The position numbers and the translations under genes are program-made. This document shows positions 46,841 through 59,902 of a DNA stretch of 64,000 bases, piece by piece (position 1 is the stretch's first letter; each line of letters opens with the position of its first letter). Source of the stretch: Tubiluchus corallicola (lineage: Eukaryota > Animalia > Priapulida); the NCBI GenBank assembly GCA_030141605.1, contig JAQGDQ010000874.1, forward strand, positions 1 to 64,000. The letters are read 5' to 3'. A model generated the notes under the pieces. It was not told the DNA's origin. It worked only from the letters and a program-made list of their open reading frames with translations, and searched no databases.

Positions 46841-48100
46841 AGCGTGATTTTTCATATCCATTTTCAAGTTAGATAAAAAGTATACATTTTAACACAATTA
46901 ATACTGCAAAAGCGTTTCTGATAATTAAATAATAGATTAAAAGCTTAATTAATGGCAGCCGATCCCAGCTATTGATGACATCACAAACTAACGCAATTTT
47001 CAACAGCAAAAATATTCCACGAGCATGTTGGCACGTGTATGTGAAAGAGAAATACAGTGCTGCTGTAAGATATTCAGCGTGCTGTTCTAAAACTTGGCAA
47101 GTTTTAAGATAAAAATTCAAACTTCAAATTTACTGCTGTACTCACGCATGAGCTGTCGAACGTGTGCAGATCGTCACAAACTAATACATCTGAACTGAGA
47201 AATACAGCACTTGTTGTTTGTGCAAAACATTTCTGAAATGCAGGCGCAGGTGGCCATCTAACTAGCAAAGTGCATGTAACAGCGAAGAATTAGTGGCGCG
47301 AACTCAAAATTGTGTTTACGCGTTAATAATTCTTTCATGCAAGTCATTTTTGAAAAAACAGTGCAGTTTACAAGGCTGTTTTTCTTTGAGGATTTAGATT
47401 TTGGGACGGCACGATGTCAGGGCTGGATGATGACCTTCTGGGGCCCCTGGGCTAATTAAATTATGGGGGCTTCTCAGACAGAGATGCCCACTAACTCGCC
47501 CAAACTCATCTGGAATATTTTTTACTCGTGATATGTTCACGATTTTACATAAATTTGAAGTAAACTTATTGGCAAATTCCTTAAATAACCTAGAATAGCT
47601 ATCATTTCATTTGTTTGTCAATAAAAATATTGTTTAAGAAATGCTACTATTTTATGAACTATGAACTATGAATTTTATTTCACACATCAAAATACAATAT
47701 TATACACATAAATAAACAATAAATAAAATGATTGGAGTAGTGTGAGGTGAGTGTACGACCATACAGTCATTAACACACTCACCTTACTTAAATGAAAAAG
47801 TTATGCATGCTTTTTTAGATGACTCAATTCAATGAAATTGATGTAATAAAGTAAATGATGTAATAATAGTAAGGAAACATAAGGACAACATAATAGGGAA
47901 TTACGATTTTGATATGAATATTGAAATAATTTTGAAATAAAGTAAATGCTGTAATAATAGCAAGGAAACATTAGAAAAACATAATATGGAATTACGATTT
48001 TGATATGAATATTGAAATAATTATGAAATAAAGTAAATGATGTAATAATAGCAAGTATTTTACTATCCTAACTTTGTATTTGTTCAAGTAAACAATGTAC

Positions 48101-48296
48101 CATGTTCGTTGCCCAGTAACAATTCTGGTGCTAGGTAATCTGGCGTGCCCAGGACGCGAGTGCACCGATCGCGAGGTTCGGGACCTCGACGGACGCTCTT
48201 CGGGGTCCGGAATGGACTCTTGTGCTTGTACACGCATCCGGGGGTCCGGAATGGACTCTTGTGCTTGTACACGCATCCGGGGGTTTGCTGCAAGAC
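48101..48296 (-). CDS. MASTL: Greatwall kinase exon (…[10 protein letters not shown]…[16 protein letters not shown]) with an internal 39-bp duplication
   Basis: tag|GTC...CAT G|gtac; the RTPKSVRRG and GTPDYLAPE motifs are diagnostic of Greatwall. Confidence 0.93.
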
Positions 48297-49715
48297 CTAC
48301 AACAACGAACAAATTATCGTTACGATAACTTATCAAAATGCAAACTGTAGGGAATTTCGCTAAGTATCTCGCTGGTCACGTGACCACGGGCACTCACCTG
48401 TGCAGATCTGTTTCTACCTGGGCAAGTGAGTTAGTTGGCAGACGTTAACAGGCTTCTTTAAAAGTAGTTTTTCACAGTATGATAGTGATAATTTGTCAGA
48501 TATATTGGTAAATACTAGATTTGCTGTATGGAGACATTCGATGTAAGCAAATACGTCACTTTGCATTTTTTTGAATGAACCGATCACTTTGAGCATTTTA
48601 GTTTATTGAATGACAATCTTATAAATTCGATAGAACGTGGTATAAATTAGTAAAATTACCAAATTAGGTTTACTTAATGTTTGTGTTTAGTAAAGTCTAG
48701 AACTACAGAATTTAATGCAGATTTGTAAAATAGCTTTTTTTTATTTTCTTTTTTCAATAGAAATGAAGTATAAAACTCTACAATATGGCGGACATTGAAT
48801 GTAGTACATATACACTCGGGAATTTACTGACATATATATATATATAATGAGATTGAGTCCAAACAATCGTCCGGTCTTCATTTAACATAAATCGTTTTGG
48901 CAGAAACCGAAAAATCTAGTTCGTTGATAAAGATGATCTTCTAAGATGAGGTACTGAGTTGCAGTAATGTCCTAGCCTTATAAGTTTTGGAGGCCATATA
49001 AAACGGACTTTCAGACCAGAAGCAGCATGTATGTTTTAGTTGAAACAGCAAACACTTTCATGACAATCACCCATCTAATTACTAATTAGGCATAGGTGTT
49101 TTCCCGACAGCTTAATTAGAATTGTGGGTATGTTTTGCATACACATATATTAAATAAATCTATATGTATAACGTGTGCTTGCATAGCAAAATCGTCCGGA
49201 ATTCGGCATTGAGTTTCACAGGTTATTCACACGTCATTGATCTCAATTTCATGAGGATCATTTTGACGCATCTGCACAACAGCCGTCCATTATGGAAGTC
49301 ACCGGACAAGCAGTTGTACTTGAGTCTCTATCTAGATAGTTTGTAAGATCATACGTTATTTCTAAGCTGAGATAATCCACGTTGAAGTTGAGGTGTTGAG
49401 TTGGGTTGAATCTTGAAAAACTCACTGTTAAAGTCAGCCATTGCTTCTACAAAACACTTAGCAATCACGCAAATGTTGGTTGCTACGGACTTTGCAACAA
49501 CACATTGAAGTTATGTTTAAATCCAGTAGATGATTCTTCCTGATGAAGATCTGGGCTTGGCAACAGAAAAAGCTGCACATCTGCACAAGAGCTGTCCATA
49601 ATGGAAGTCACCGGCCAAGCAGTTGTACTTGAGGAACCACTTTAAAATAGGATCTTCAGACTTCCTGGCCTAATCTTTCAAAGTCAGCTATGCAAAGTAT
49701 GGGCCCTTCAAGCCT

Positions 49716-52700
49716 GAGAGGTCCTAGACTACAACCTAAACTGGCCCATAGAGTAATCCAGTCTTCTGCATATGTAGTCGAGTAAAGGAAGTGTTTATTG
49801 AGAGGTCCTAGACTACAGCCTAAACTGGCCCATAGAGTAACCCAGTCTTCTACATATGTAGTCGAGTAAAGGAAGTGTTTATTGAGAGGTCCTAGACTAC
49901 AGCCTACACTGGCCCATAGAGTAATCCAGTCTTCTGCATATGTAGTCGAGTAAAGGAAGTGTTTATTGAGGGGTCCTAGACTACAGCCTAAACTGGCCCA
50001 TAGAGTAATCCAGTCTTCTACACATGTAGTCGAGTAAAGGAAGTGTTTATTGAGGGGTCCTAGCTACAGCCTAAACTGGGCCATAGAGTAACCCAGTCTT
50101 CTGCATATGTAGTCGAGTAAAGGAAGTGTTTATTGAGGGGTTCTAGACTACAGCCTAAACTGGCCCATAGAGTAACCCAGTCTTCTGCATATGTAGTCGA
50201 GTAAAGGAAGTGTTTATTGAGGGGTCCTAGACTACAGCCTAAACTGGCCCATAGAGTAATCCAGTCTTCTGCATATGTAGTCGAGTAAAGGAAGTGTTTA
50301 TTGAGGGGTCCTAGCTACAGCCTAAACTGGCCCATAGAGTAACCCAGTCTTCTGCATATGTAGTCGAGTAAAGGAAGTGTTTATTGAGGGGTCCTAGACT
50401 ACAGCCTAAACTGGCCCATAGAGTAACCCAGTCTTCTACATATGTAGTCGAGTAAAGGAAGTGTTTATTGAAGGCTCCTAGACTACAACCTAAACTGGCC
50501 CATAGAGTAACCCAGTCTTCTGCATATGTAGTCGAGTAAAGGAAGTGTTTATTGAGAGGTCCTAGACTACAGTCTAAACTGGCCCATAGAGTAACCCAGT
50601 CTTCTGCATATGTAGTCGAGTAAAGGAAGTGTTTATTGAGGGGTCCTAGACTACAACCTAAACTGGCCCATAGAGTAACCCAGTCTTCTGCATATGTAGT
50701 CGAGTAAAGGAAGTGTTTATTGAGAGGTCCTAGACTACAGCCTAAACTGGCACATAGAGTAATCCAGTCTTCTACATATGTAGTCGAGTAAAGGAAGTGT
50801 TTATTGAGGGGTCCTAGACTACAGCCTAAACTGGCCCATAGAGTAATCCAGTCTTCTTCATATGTAGTCGAGTAAAGGAAGTGTTTATTGAGGGGTCCTA
50901 GACTACAGCCTAAACTGGCCCATAGAGTAATCCAGTCTTCTGCATATGTAGTCGAGTAAAGGAAGTGTTTATTGAGGGGTCCTAGACTACAGCCTAAACT
51001 GGCCCATAGAGTAATCCAGTCTTCTGCATATGTAGTCGAGTAAAGGAAGTGTTTATTGAGGGGTCCTAGACTACAGCCTAAACTGGCCCATAGAGTAATC
51101 CAGTCTTCTACATATGTAGTCGAGTAAAGGAAGTGTTTATTGAGGGGTCCTAGACTACAGCCTAAACTGGCCCATAGAGTAATCCAGTCTTCTACATATG
51201 TAGTCGAGTAAAGGAAGTGTTTATTGAGGGGTCCTAGACTACAGCCTAAACTGGCCCATAGAGTAATCCAGTCTTCTGCATATGTAGTCGAGTAAAGGAA
51301 GTGTTTATTGAGGGGTCCTAGACTACAGCCTAAACTGGCCCATAGAGTAATCCAGTCTTCTACATATGTAGTCGAGTAAAGGAAGTGTTTATTGAGGGGT
51401 CCTAGACTACAGCCTAAACTGGCCCATAGAGTAATCCAGTCTTCTGCATATGTAGTCGAGTAAAGGAAGTGTTTATTGAGGGGTCCTAGACTACAGCCTA
51501 AACTGGCCCATAGAGTAACCCAGTCTTCTGCATATGTAGTCGAGTAAAGGAAGTGTTTATTGAGAGGTCCTAGACTACAGCCTAAACTGGCACATAGAGT
51601 AATCCAGTCTTCTACATATGTAGTCGAGTAAAGGAAGTGTTTATTGAGGGGTCCTAGACTACAGCCTAAACTGGCCCATAGAGTAATCCAGTCTTCTACA
51701 TATGTAGTCGAGTAAAGGAAGTGTTTATTGAGGGGTCCTAGACTACAGCCTAAACTGGCCCATAGAGTAATCCAGTCTTCTGCATATGTAGTCGAGTAAA
51801 GGAAGTGTTTATTGAGGGGTCCTAGACTACAGCCTAAACTGGCCCATAGAGTAATCCAGTCTTCTTCATATGTAGTCGAGTAAAGGAAGTGTTTATTGAG
51901 GGGTCCTAGACTACAGCCTAAACTGGCCCATAGAGTAATCCAGTCTTCTACATATGTAGTCGAGTAAAGGAAGTGTTTATTGAGAGGTCCTAGACTACAG
52001 CCTAAACTGGCCCATAGAGTAATCCAGTCTTCTGCATATGTAGTCGAGTAAAGGAAGTGTTTATTGAGGGGTCCTAGACTACAGCCTAAACTGGCCCATA
52101 GAGTAATCCAGTCTTCTGCATATGTAGTCGAGTAAAGGAAGTGTTTATTGAGGGGTCCTAGACTACAGCCTAAACTGGCACATAGAGTAATCCAGTCTTC
52201 TGCATATGTAGTCGAGTAAAGGAAGTGTTTATTGAGGGGTCCTAGACTACAGCCTAAACTGGCCCATAGAGTAATCCAGTCTTCTACATATGTAGTCGAG
52301 TAAAGGAAGTGTTTATTGAGGGGTCCTAGACTACAGCCTAAACTGGCCCATAGAGTAACCCAGTCTTCTGCATATGTAGTCGAGTAAAGGAAGTGTTTAT
52401 TGAGGGGTCCTAGACTACAACCTAAACTGGCCCATAGAGTAATCCAGTCTTCTGCATATGTAGTCGAGTAAAGGAAGCGTTTATTGAGAGGTCCTAGACT
52501 ACAGCCTAAACTGGCCCATAGAGTAACCCAGTCTTCTGCATATGTAGTCGAGTAAAGGAAGTGTTTATTGAGGGGTCCTAGACTACAGCCTAAACTGGCC
52601 CATAGAGTAATCCAGTCTTCTGCATATGTAGTCGAGTAAAGGAAGTGTTTATTGAGGGGTCCTAGACTACAGCCTAAACTGGCCCATAGAGTAACCCAGT

Positions 52701-52737
52701 CTTCTGCATATGTAGTCGAGTAAAGGAAGTGTTTATT
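49716..52737. repeat. 84-bp tandem satellite, ~36 near-identical units, intronic
   Basis: Unit gaggggtcctagactacagcctaaactggcccatagagtaatccagtcttctgcatatgtagtcgagtaaaggaagtgtttatt. Confidence 0.97.
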
Positions 52738-53478
52738 ATGTAAACAAAAAGTTATTTAAAAATAATAATAATAAGATGGCTGATCTTGAACGAGTCATTA
52801 ATTAACAAATGATTAATTTAACAATTTTCTCTTTTAATTCATTAACCTTCATAGAGTGAAAATTGAAGACTAATCTGCATCTGACTGTTTTGTGATTTGT
52901 CTATGGCAAAACTTAACACGCCTCGTTATAATGTCAACTTTCTTCCAGTCCGAAGGAGGGTGGCATAAAGTGCTTCAACTACAGTCGACCCTCGTTAAAC
53001 CGGACCCCGTTAGCCCGGATATCGGATAAGACGGACGTCATCCGTGGTAAAGGAAACTGACTGATTTCCGTCCGAGCCGGAGCGCTAAACACAACACGGC
53101 CTAACAACTGTACAATAATTTCTTTATCCTCACAGGTTAACTATTTTAAAGTAATATACAGTATAGCATATAGTGCAATGTATATAGGCTTTATTAAGGT
53201 GATTATTCCTGTATAATATTGACCATATATAGGCATATCGGATAAATCGGACAATCGGCTAAACCGGACCACACCCCCAATTATTCCTGTTTAACGAGGG
53301 TTGACTGTATATGGTATATTTCCTAACCTTAGACAATGTATGTCTACAGCTCAGAGCTGGGCTGTTTCAGCTGAGCTCCAGCTGGTTTACTTCTGCAGCC
53401 AACCTTACTTCTATAGCCAATAGGAAACCCAGCTTTAGTCACGCCAGTTACTCAGTGATAGGTGCAGCGCTAACTGGT

Positions 53479-54690
53479 TTACTGTGTGTGAGTCAGCTGA
53501 TGTAGTAGCAACTGACTCAGCTTCAACCGAGCTAGCTGATTTACTGTGTGAGTCAGCTGATGTAGTAGCAAGTTACTCAGCTTCAGCCGAGCTAGCTGAT
53601 TCACTGTGTGAGTCAGCTGATGTAGTAGCAACTGACTCCGCTTCAACCGAGCTAGCTGATTTACTGTGTGAGTCAACTGATGTAGTAGCAACTGACTCAG
53701 CTTCAGCCGAGCTAGCTGATTTACTGTGTGAGTCAGCTGATGTAGTAGCAACTGGCTCAGCTTCAGCCGAGCTAGCTGATTTACTGTGTGAGTCAGCTGA
53801 TGTAGTAGCAACTGACTCAGCTTCAACCGAGCTACCTGATTTACTGTATGAGTCAGGTGATGTAGTAGCAACTGACTCCGCTTCAGCCGAGCTAGCTGAT
53901 TTACTGTGAGAGTCAGCTGATGTAGTAGCAACTGACTCCGCTTCAGCTGTGCTAGCTGATTTACTGTGTGAGTCAGCTGATGTAGTAGCAACTGACTCCG
54001 CTTCAGCCGAGCTAGCTGATTTACTGTGTGAGCCAGCTGATGTAATAGCAACTGACTCAGCTTCAGCCGAGCTAGCTGATTTACTGTGTGAGTCAGCTGA
54101 TGTAGTAGCAACTGACTCCGCTTCAGCCGAGCTAGCTGATTTACTGTGTGAGCCAGCTGATGTAATAGCAACTGACTCAGCTTCAACCGAGCTAGCTGAT
54201 TTACTGTGAGTCAGCTGATGAGTAGCAACTGATTCAGCTTCAGTCGAGCTAGCTGATTTACTGTGTGAGTCAGCTGATGTAGTAGCAACTGACTCAACTT
54301 CAGCCGAGCAACTGACTCCGCTTCAGCCGAGCTAGCTGATTTACTGTGTGTGAGTCAGCTGATGTAGTGGCAAGTTACTCAGCTTCAGCCGTGCTAGCTG
54401 ATTTACTGTGTGAGTCAACTGATGTAGTAGCAAGTGACTCAGCTTCAGCCGAGCTAGCTGATTTACTGTGTGAGTCAGCTGATGTAGTAGCAAGTGACTC
54501 AGCTTCAGCCGAGCTAGCTGATTTACTGTGTGAGTCAGCTGATGTAGTAGCAACTGACTCAGCTTCAGCCGAACTAGCTGATTTACTGTGTGAGTCAGCT
54601 GATGTAGTAGCAACTGACTCAGCTTCAGCCGAACTAGCTGATTTACTGTGTGTGAGTCAGCTGATGTAGTAGCAACTGACTCACCTTCAG
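53479..54690. repeat. 60-bp minisatellite, ~20 units, intronic
   Basis: Unit ttactgtgtgagtcagctgatgtagtagcaactgactcagcttcagccgagctagctgat. Confidence 0.95.
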
Positions 54691-54757
54691 ACCCCAGACA
54701 CTTTTAATAAGAACCACTATTCCTTTGATCATACTTCCTAATCCAAAAGAACCATAC

Positions 54758-54819
54758 CTCATTTTTGCTCTCAGAGTGAAACGTCGAGAACTCAGTTTTT
54801 GTAGCATCACTATCTCTTT
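54758..54819 (-). CDS. MASTL: Probable small Greatwall exon (ERDSDATKTEFSTFHSESKNE) in the non-conserved middle region
   Basis: Acceptor ctctcatcttgtctttgcag and donor GAG|gtatgg; 62 nt converts phase 1 to phase 0, exactly as the flanking exons require. Confidence 0.65.
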
Positions 54820-55736
54820 CTGCAAAGACAAGATGAGAGTCATTCAAAATTTCAAGACGAATCAACAAAGTAATATTTAATATAAAATATCTAATATCGC
54901 AGCAGCTAAAACACACACTTAAATGTCTCATAAAAATATTGTTAAAACAGAATTGTTTTTGATAAAACCCTGCAGTTGAAAGTTAGAACTCTACATGGGA
55001 ATAATGCATGATGCATATTGTCTGTGTTTCCATGATCCGTGAATGCTATGCGTATTAAAGGAAGACAGGACGATTTTTCATATACTAGTCCATTTTCAAG
55101 TCCGATAAATACATTTTAACACAAATAATACAGCAAAAGCCTTTCTGATAATTAAATAATAGATTAAAATCTTTATTAATGCGCGTCGGGCGAGCCTAAC
55201 TGTTGATGACATCACAAACTAACATAATTTTCAACAGTAAAAATACTTCACGAGCGTGTTGCACGTGTTTGCAAAAGCGAAAACTGAAGTACAGTCCTAC
55301 TGTAACATATTCAGTGTGTTGTACTAAAACTAGACAACTTTTAAGATAAAAATTCAAATTTCAAATTTACTGCTGTGCCCGTGCATGAGCTGTCGAGCGC
55401 GTGCAGGTCATCACAAACTAACACATCTGAACTGAGTGGTACAGCACCTGTTTTTTGTGCAATGCGCTACCGAAATGCAGGTGCTAGTGCCCGTCTAACT
55501 AGCAAATGGCGAAATGCATGTAACAGGGAAGAACTAGTGGCGCGAACGTGAAATTGTGCTTGTGCGGTAATAATTTGGAATGGTGGATGAATGGTTCTTT
55601 CACGTTAGTAATTTTTGAAATAACAGTTTCCTTTCAATATTTTAAAGAGCAGATTGTTTTAATCTACAGTTTAAGGATGGGTTAGGTTTTGCTTTAAAAA
55701 TACAATGGGGCCATTCACTGTACTTTTACCCACATA

Positions 55737-56525
55737 CAGTCTAGCCTCGTTATCTCGCCCCTCGTTATGCCGCCAAGCTCGTCTCTCGCCATAGAAAGTA
55801 CCAGGACGGATTTCCTGCTTTGACATTTACCTCGTTAAGTCGCCACCCTCGCTTCTCGCCCTCGCCACGTCATGCTAGGATGGGTGCTTATGTAAACTAC
55901 ATTCGTTATGCCGCCAAACTCGTCTCTCGCCATAGAAAGTACCAGGACGGATTTCCTGCTTTGATATTTACCTCGTTAAGTCGCCACCCTCACTTCTCGC
56001 CCTCGCCACGTCATGCTAGGATGAGTGCTTATGTAAACTATATTCGTTATGTCGCGAAACAGACAAACTCAGAGGTGAATCGATCAATATAACCGCGGTA
56101 TGTAGACAATGCTGCTGTACTCGATAGACAGACATCATTACTCTAGTGTGTGTCTCACCAGGATTAGATTAGGAGTGCTGTGGTTGGTTAATGTGCAGAG
56201 AAACTAAAGTATCACCGATATCCTTACTCTATAACACTATAATGCTAAGTTTATTGCATTTAAGTGTATACTCGAAAAAGGTTTTTTAAATAAAAAAGTA
56301 ACATTCTAAGATTATTTTTATGACATTTTTTCATTTCTGATTTAATGTTGATTGGTATCATAATGCGAAATATATTTTATATGTACATAGAGGAACACTA
56401 TGTTAATCAACTATTATGCATATACATATAGACTAATTTCGTTATATTCCCGTTATCTCGCCATACTCGCCTCTCGCCAAAAATTTGCCCTAGACGGACA
56501 GTGGCTAGATAACGGGAATAAACTG
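55737..56525. mobile_element. Tigger-like MITE with an internal ~127-bp duplication
   Basis: TA|CAGT...CGTTATCT and AGATAACG...ACTG|TA termini; duplicated block 55785-56050. Confidence 0.6.
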
Positions 56526-56551
56526 TACATCACGTGCATGTAGAGTGGTAC

Positions 56552-58121
56552 CTTTGGTTGTTAAGACACGTTCAGAAGGTAAAGATTGAAGTCGTCTAAC
56601 CGATCTAGCAGGCAAGACTTTGCTGCTTGTTTCTCTCACCATTTCTGATGAAAATGCATCCACATCGTTACTTTCATTCGCTATTTTATCACTAGATGGC
56701 GAAAACGTCTTGTCGAATTCCCAGTCGATGCTGTCGACTGTCGAATTGCCATGGGTACCAATGCTAGACAAAGCGCGCTTCTTTTTTATGTCGTCGGGTG
56801 TCAGCACCATATCGCAGGGCGTGAAACAACGCATGCGTTTCACCGGCCGGGGCTGGAAATTCCCCGGACTGGTAAGACTAAACACAGAATCGCTTTCGTC
56901 AGCCGTGCGGGATTCAAAGCTTGTCGGAGAAGATAAAACAAAGTCATTTGCGGGTACTTCTAAAAGAACGGAACTAGTTCTCACTGTACCACGGCACTTG
57001 TTTCTCGTGTTCGCTGCGGAATTTTCCCTGTTAACACTTGAATGTCTCAAACACATTTCAGTAAATATTCCGCTAACTCCAGTGTGCTGATCTACGGGTG
57101 ACTTGTCTATGCAGGCAAAGCTACGTTTCTTTCCAGCCTTTTTGTCATTTGCGTGTTTGTCATTTGCATAATTGTCATTTGCATGTTTGTGGTTTTCATA
57201 TTCGTCATTTGCATGTTTGTCATTTCCATATTTGTCATTTGCATGTTTTTCATTTACATTTTTGTCGTTTTCATATTTGTCAATTGCATGTTTGTCATTT
57301 TCATGTTTGTCATTTTGATGTTTGTCATTTGCATGTTTGTCATTTGCATGTTTGTCAATTGCATGTTTGTCATTTGCATGTTTGTCATTTCCACATATGT
57401 CATTTGCATTTTTGTCATTTGCATGTTTGTCATTTGCACGATTGTCAATTGCATGTTTGTCATTTCCACATTTGTCAATTGCATGTTTGTCATTTGCATG
57501 TTTGTCATTGACACGTTCGGACGGCTCTACACCTTTGACAGAGTCGCCAGCAAATGACCCCACGTTACGCGGGGAATGTTTACGTAATATCTCAAACGAG
57601 TTATCGGCATTTCTTTGCATCATTCGCAAATTTACCGCGGAGTACGATTCATCTATTTGCTCTTTTGCACGATAAAGCTGCGGCGTTTCCACTATACCGA
57701 GCTTTGGAGAACGAAACTTATAGCCCAGTAGTGAACTGTCGATACTGTTATTGACATCTTGACCGGCCGTGTCGTCTACGAACGACGAACTGTCGTTAAT
57801 TTTACTAGAATTCCAACTGACGTTCTCGCAATCTTCACCAACCGACAACCCGTCGTCTTCTCTAGACGTGTTACGGCTTCTAGATTCGTTTCCCTCTTCC
57901 AAGAAAGAGGGCGATTTAAACACGATATGTTTGCTGACCGCGTCTTTGCTACTCTGCGTCTGCTGCGCTGATATGGACAGAGGTTGTAAGTACTGAGAGT
58001 CGACACTCATAGGTGAACATGCCGACGTCTCTCCAGACACCAGAGACACATCCATGGAACAAACTGATAAAGAACGGTTTTCTTTTTCAGGCAAATGATC
58101 TTTCACTGTTTGTGTTGAATT
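56552..58121 (-). CDS. MASTL: Greatwall kinase large exon (non-conserved middle region inserted in the activation segment), with 25 NDKHA-type repeats
   Basis: Acceptor tttatttacag in phase 0 after ...HLAF; 1570-nt open Ser/Asp-rich frame with many SP/TP sites; the donor AAAG|gtacca is inferred. Confidence 0.8.
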
Positions 58122-58679
58122 CTGTAAATAAAGATTAAGATTAAGAATAAGATTAAGATTAAGGTTGTTTATTTTTAAGTTTTACTGTACAAGAGAGACA
58201 TCATAATAATTTTCACAATTTATAAACTAATAACAGCAACAACAACAACAACAACAACAGCAGCAACAAGATTAAGGTTGTTTATCTTTAAGTTTTACTG
58301 TACAAGAGAGACGTGATAATAATTTCCATAATTTACAAACTAACAACAGCAACAGCAACAGCAACAGCAACAACAACAACAACAACTTCAACAACAACAA
58401 CAACAACAACAACAAGTACCCTACCTGGTGTTCAACAGAAAAGTTAATTATATCCAGAAACGTCGGCGAAAAGACCAAATGGTCAGCTAAGTCAACCACC
58501 CCTATTTACAGAGCTAATATCTTTTGTACAAGGCTGGATTAGAGTTCATTTATAACATTATTGATTTTAGAAATTCCTTCATTGAAGTTCATTTTAGCAT
58601 AATAAAGAAAAATAATACAGAAGTTATTCATGTTATGATGGATAATTAAGTAAAGCAAAAACAAAATTAAATAATATAA

Positions 58680-58729
58680 CATAATAATAATAATAATAAT
58701 AGTAATAATAATAATAACGTAATAATAGC

Positions 58730-58764
<35 letters not shown>

Positions 58765-59160
58765 TAATAATAAATATAATATGATGATGTTGATGACAAT
58801 GATGATGTTGATGATGATGATGATGTTGAAGACAATGATGATGATGATGATGATGATGTCGATGATGTTGATGATGTTGAAGACAATGATGATGATGATG
58901 ATGTCGATGATGTTGATGATGTTGAAGACAATGATGATGATGATGATGATGATGATGTCGATGATGTTGATGACAATGATGATGATGATGATAATGATGA
59001 TGTTGATGATGATGTTGATGATGATAATGATGATGTTGATGATGATGATGTTGATGACAATGATGATGATGATGATGATGATGTTGATGATGATAATGAT
59101 GATGTTGATGATGGTGACGATAATGATGATGATGATGATGATGACGATGATAATAATAAC
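58680..59160. repeat. (AAT)n/(GAT)n microsatellite
   Basis: Directly visible. Confidence 0.95.
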
Positions 59161-59510
59161 ATGACTTATCAGCACAATAATTGTGAAAGTAAATACTTGC
59201 ACAAAACTCAAATTTGTACAATGACAAAGAAAGAACAAAAGAAAATCAAAAAACTCATCAAGGTGGCAAGTCAAAATAGATAAAGAAGTAAATTAAAAAC
59301 AGTGCAAGACATTTGACATTGATAAATGATAATTCCACTCAATATATGTAAAGTACTTTCAGTCTGGACGGTAAACAAATAAACAAAGAGAGCTATAAAA
59401 TGGATAAACAGTAATTGAATGTAGCCCAAACTTTTCTATATAAAATCTATTGTATATATATAATCTATGTATTACTAAGGTAATAAATGTTGTATCAAAA
59501 AAACACTTAC

Positions 59511-59617
59511 AAATGCTAAGTGACTAGTAAGGGAGAGCACTTGTCCAGGCGTCCGAAAATTCGAGTTTCCGGAGTAAGTAACAGATGGCGTTCCCATCAC
59601 GTCCATCGCAGCAAGCT
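59511..59617 (-). CDS. MASTL: Greatwall kinase exon (QLAAMDVMGTPS...RTPGQVLSLTSHLAF)
   Basis: cag|...|gtaagt; RTPGQVLSL is the diagnostic Greatwall CDK-site motif. Confidence 0.95.
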
Positions 59618-59813
59618 CTGTAAAAACAAAAATGAAAATTTGAAAGCAAGAAAACTGACTGAATTAGACACTTTTCAAAGCAACTGACTAAAGAAAATAG
59701 ACTTATTACAATGAATGTTATCGATAATATCGAGCTAAAGTAGAGGGCGCTGCAGTGCTATACACGAGTCGCCATAACGACAATAACAACAACTGAGGTA
59801 ATAAAGAACTTAC

Positions 59814-59902
59814 GCCTGTTAAGAGATGTTTTGGACAATCCAAAATCTGTGAGCTTCACGTGACCCGTCTCTGAAATAAGCATGTTGTCTGGCTTCAAAT
59901 CT
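59814..59902 (-). CDS. MASTL: Greatwall kinase exon ([23 protein letters not shown])
   Basis: tag|...|gtaag; catalytic loop and DFG. Confidence 0.96.

Noticed and set aside
49716-52737. CRISPR-like appearance of the 84-bp array (also the arrays at 23333-24100 and 53479-54690)
   Set aside because: Units are contiguous near-identical repeats with no unique spacers, there are no cas genes, and the context is a eukaryotic intron.
54685-54819. 135-nt version of the small Greatwall exon using the GTGAGT donor
   Set aside because: In the phase required by the upstream exon it contains a stop; the 62-nt version fits both neighbours.
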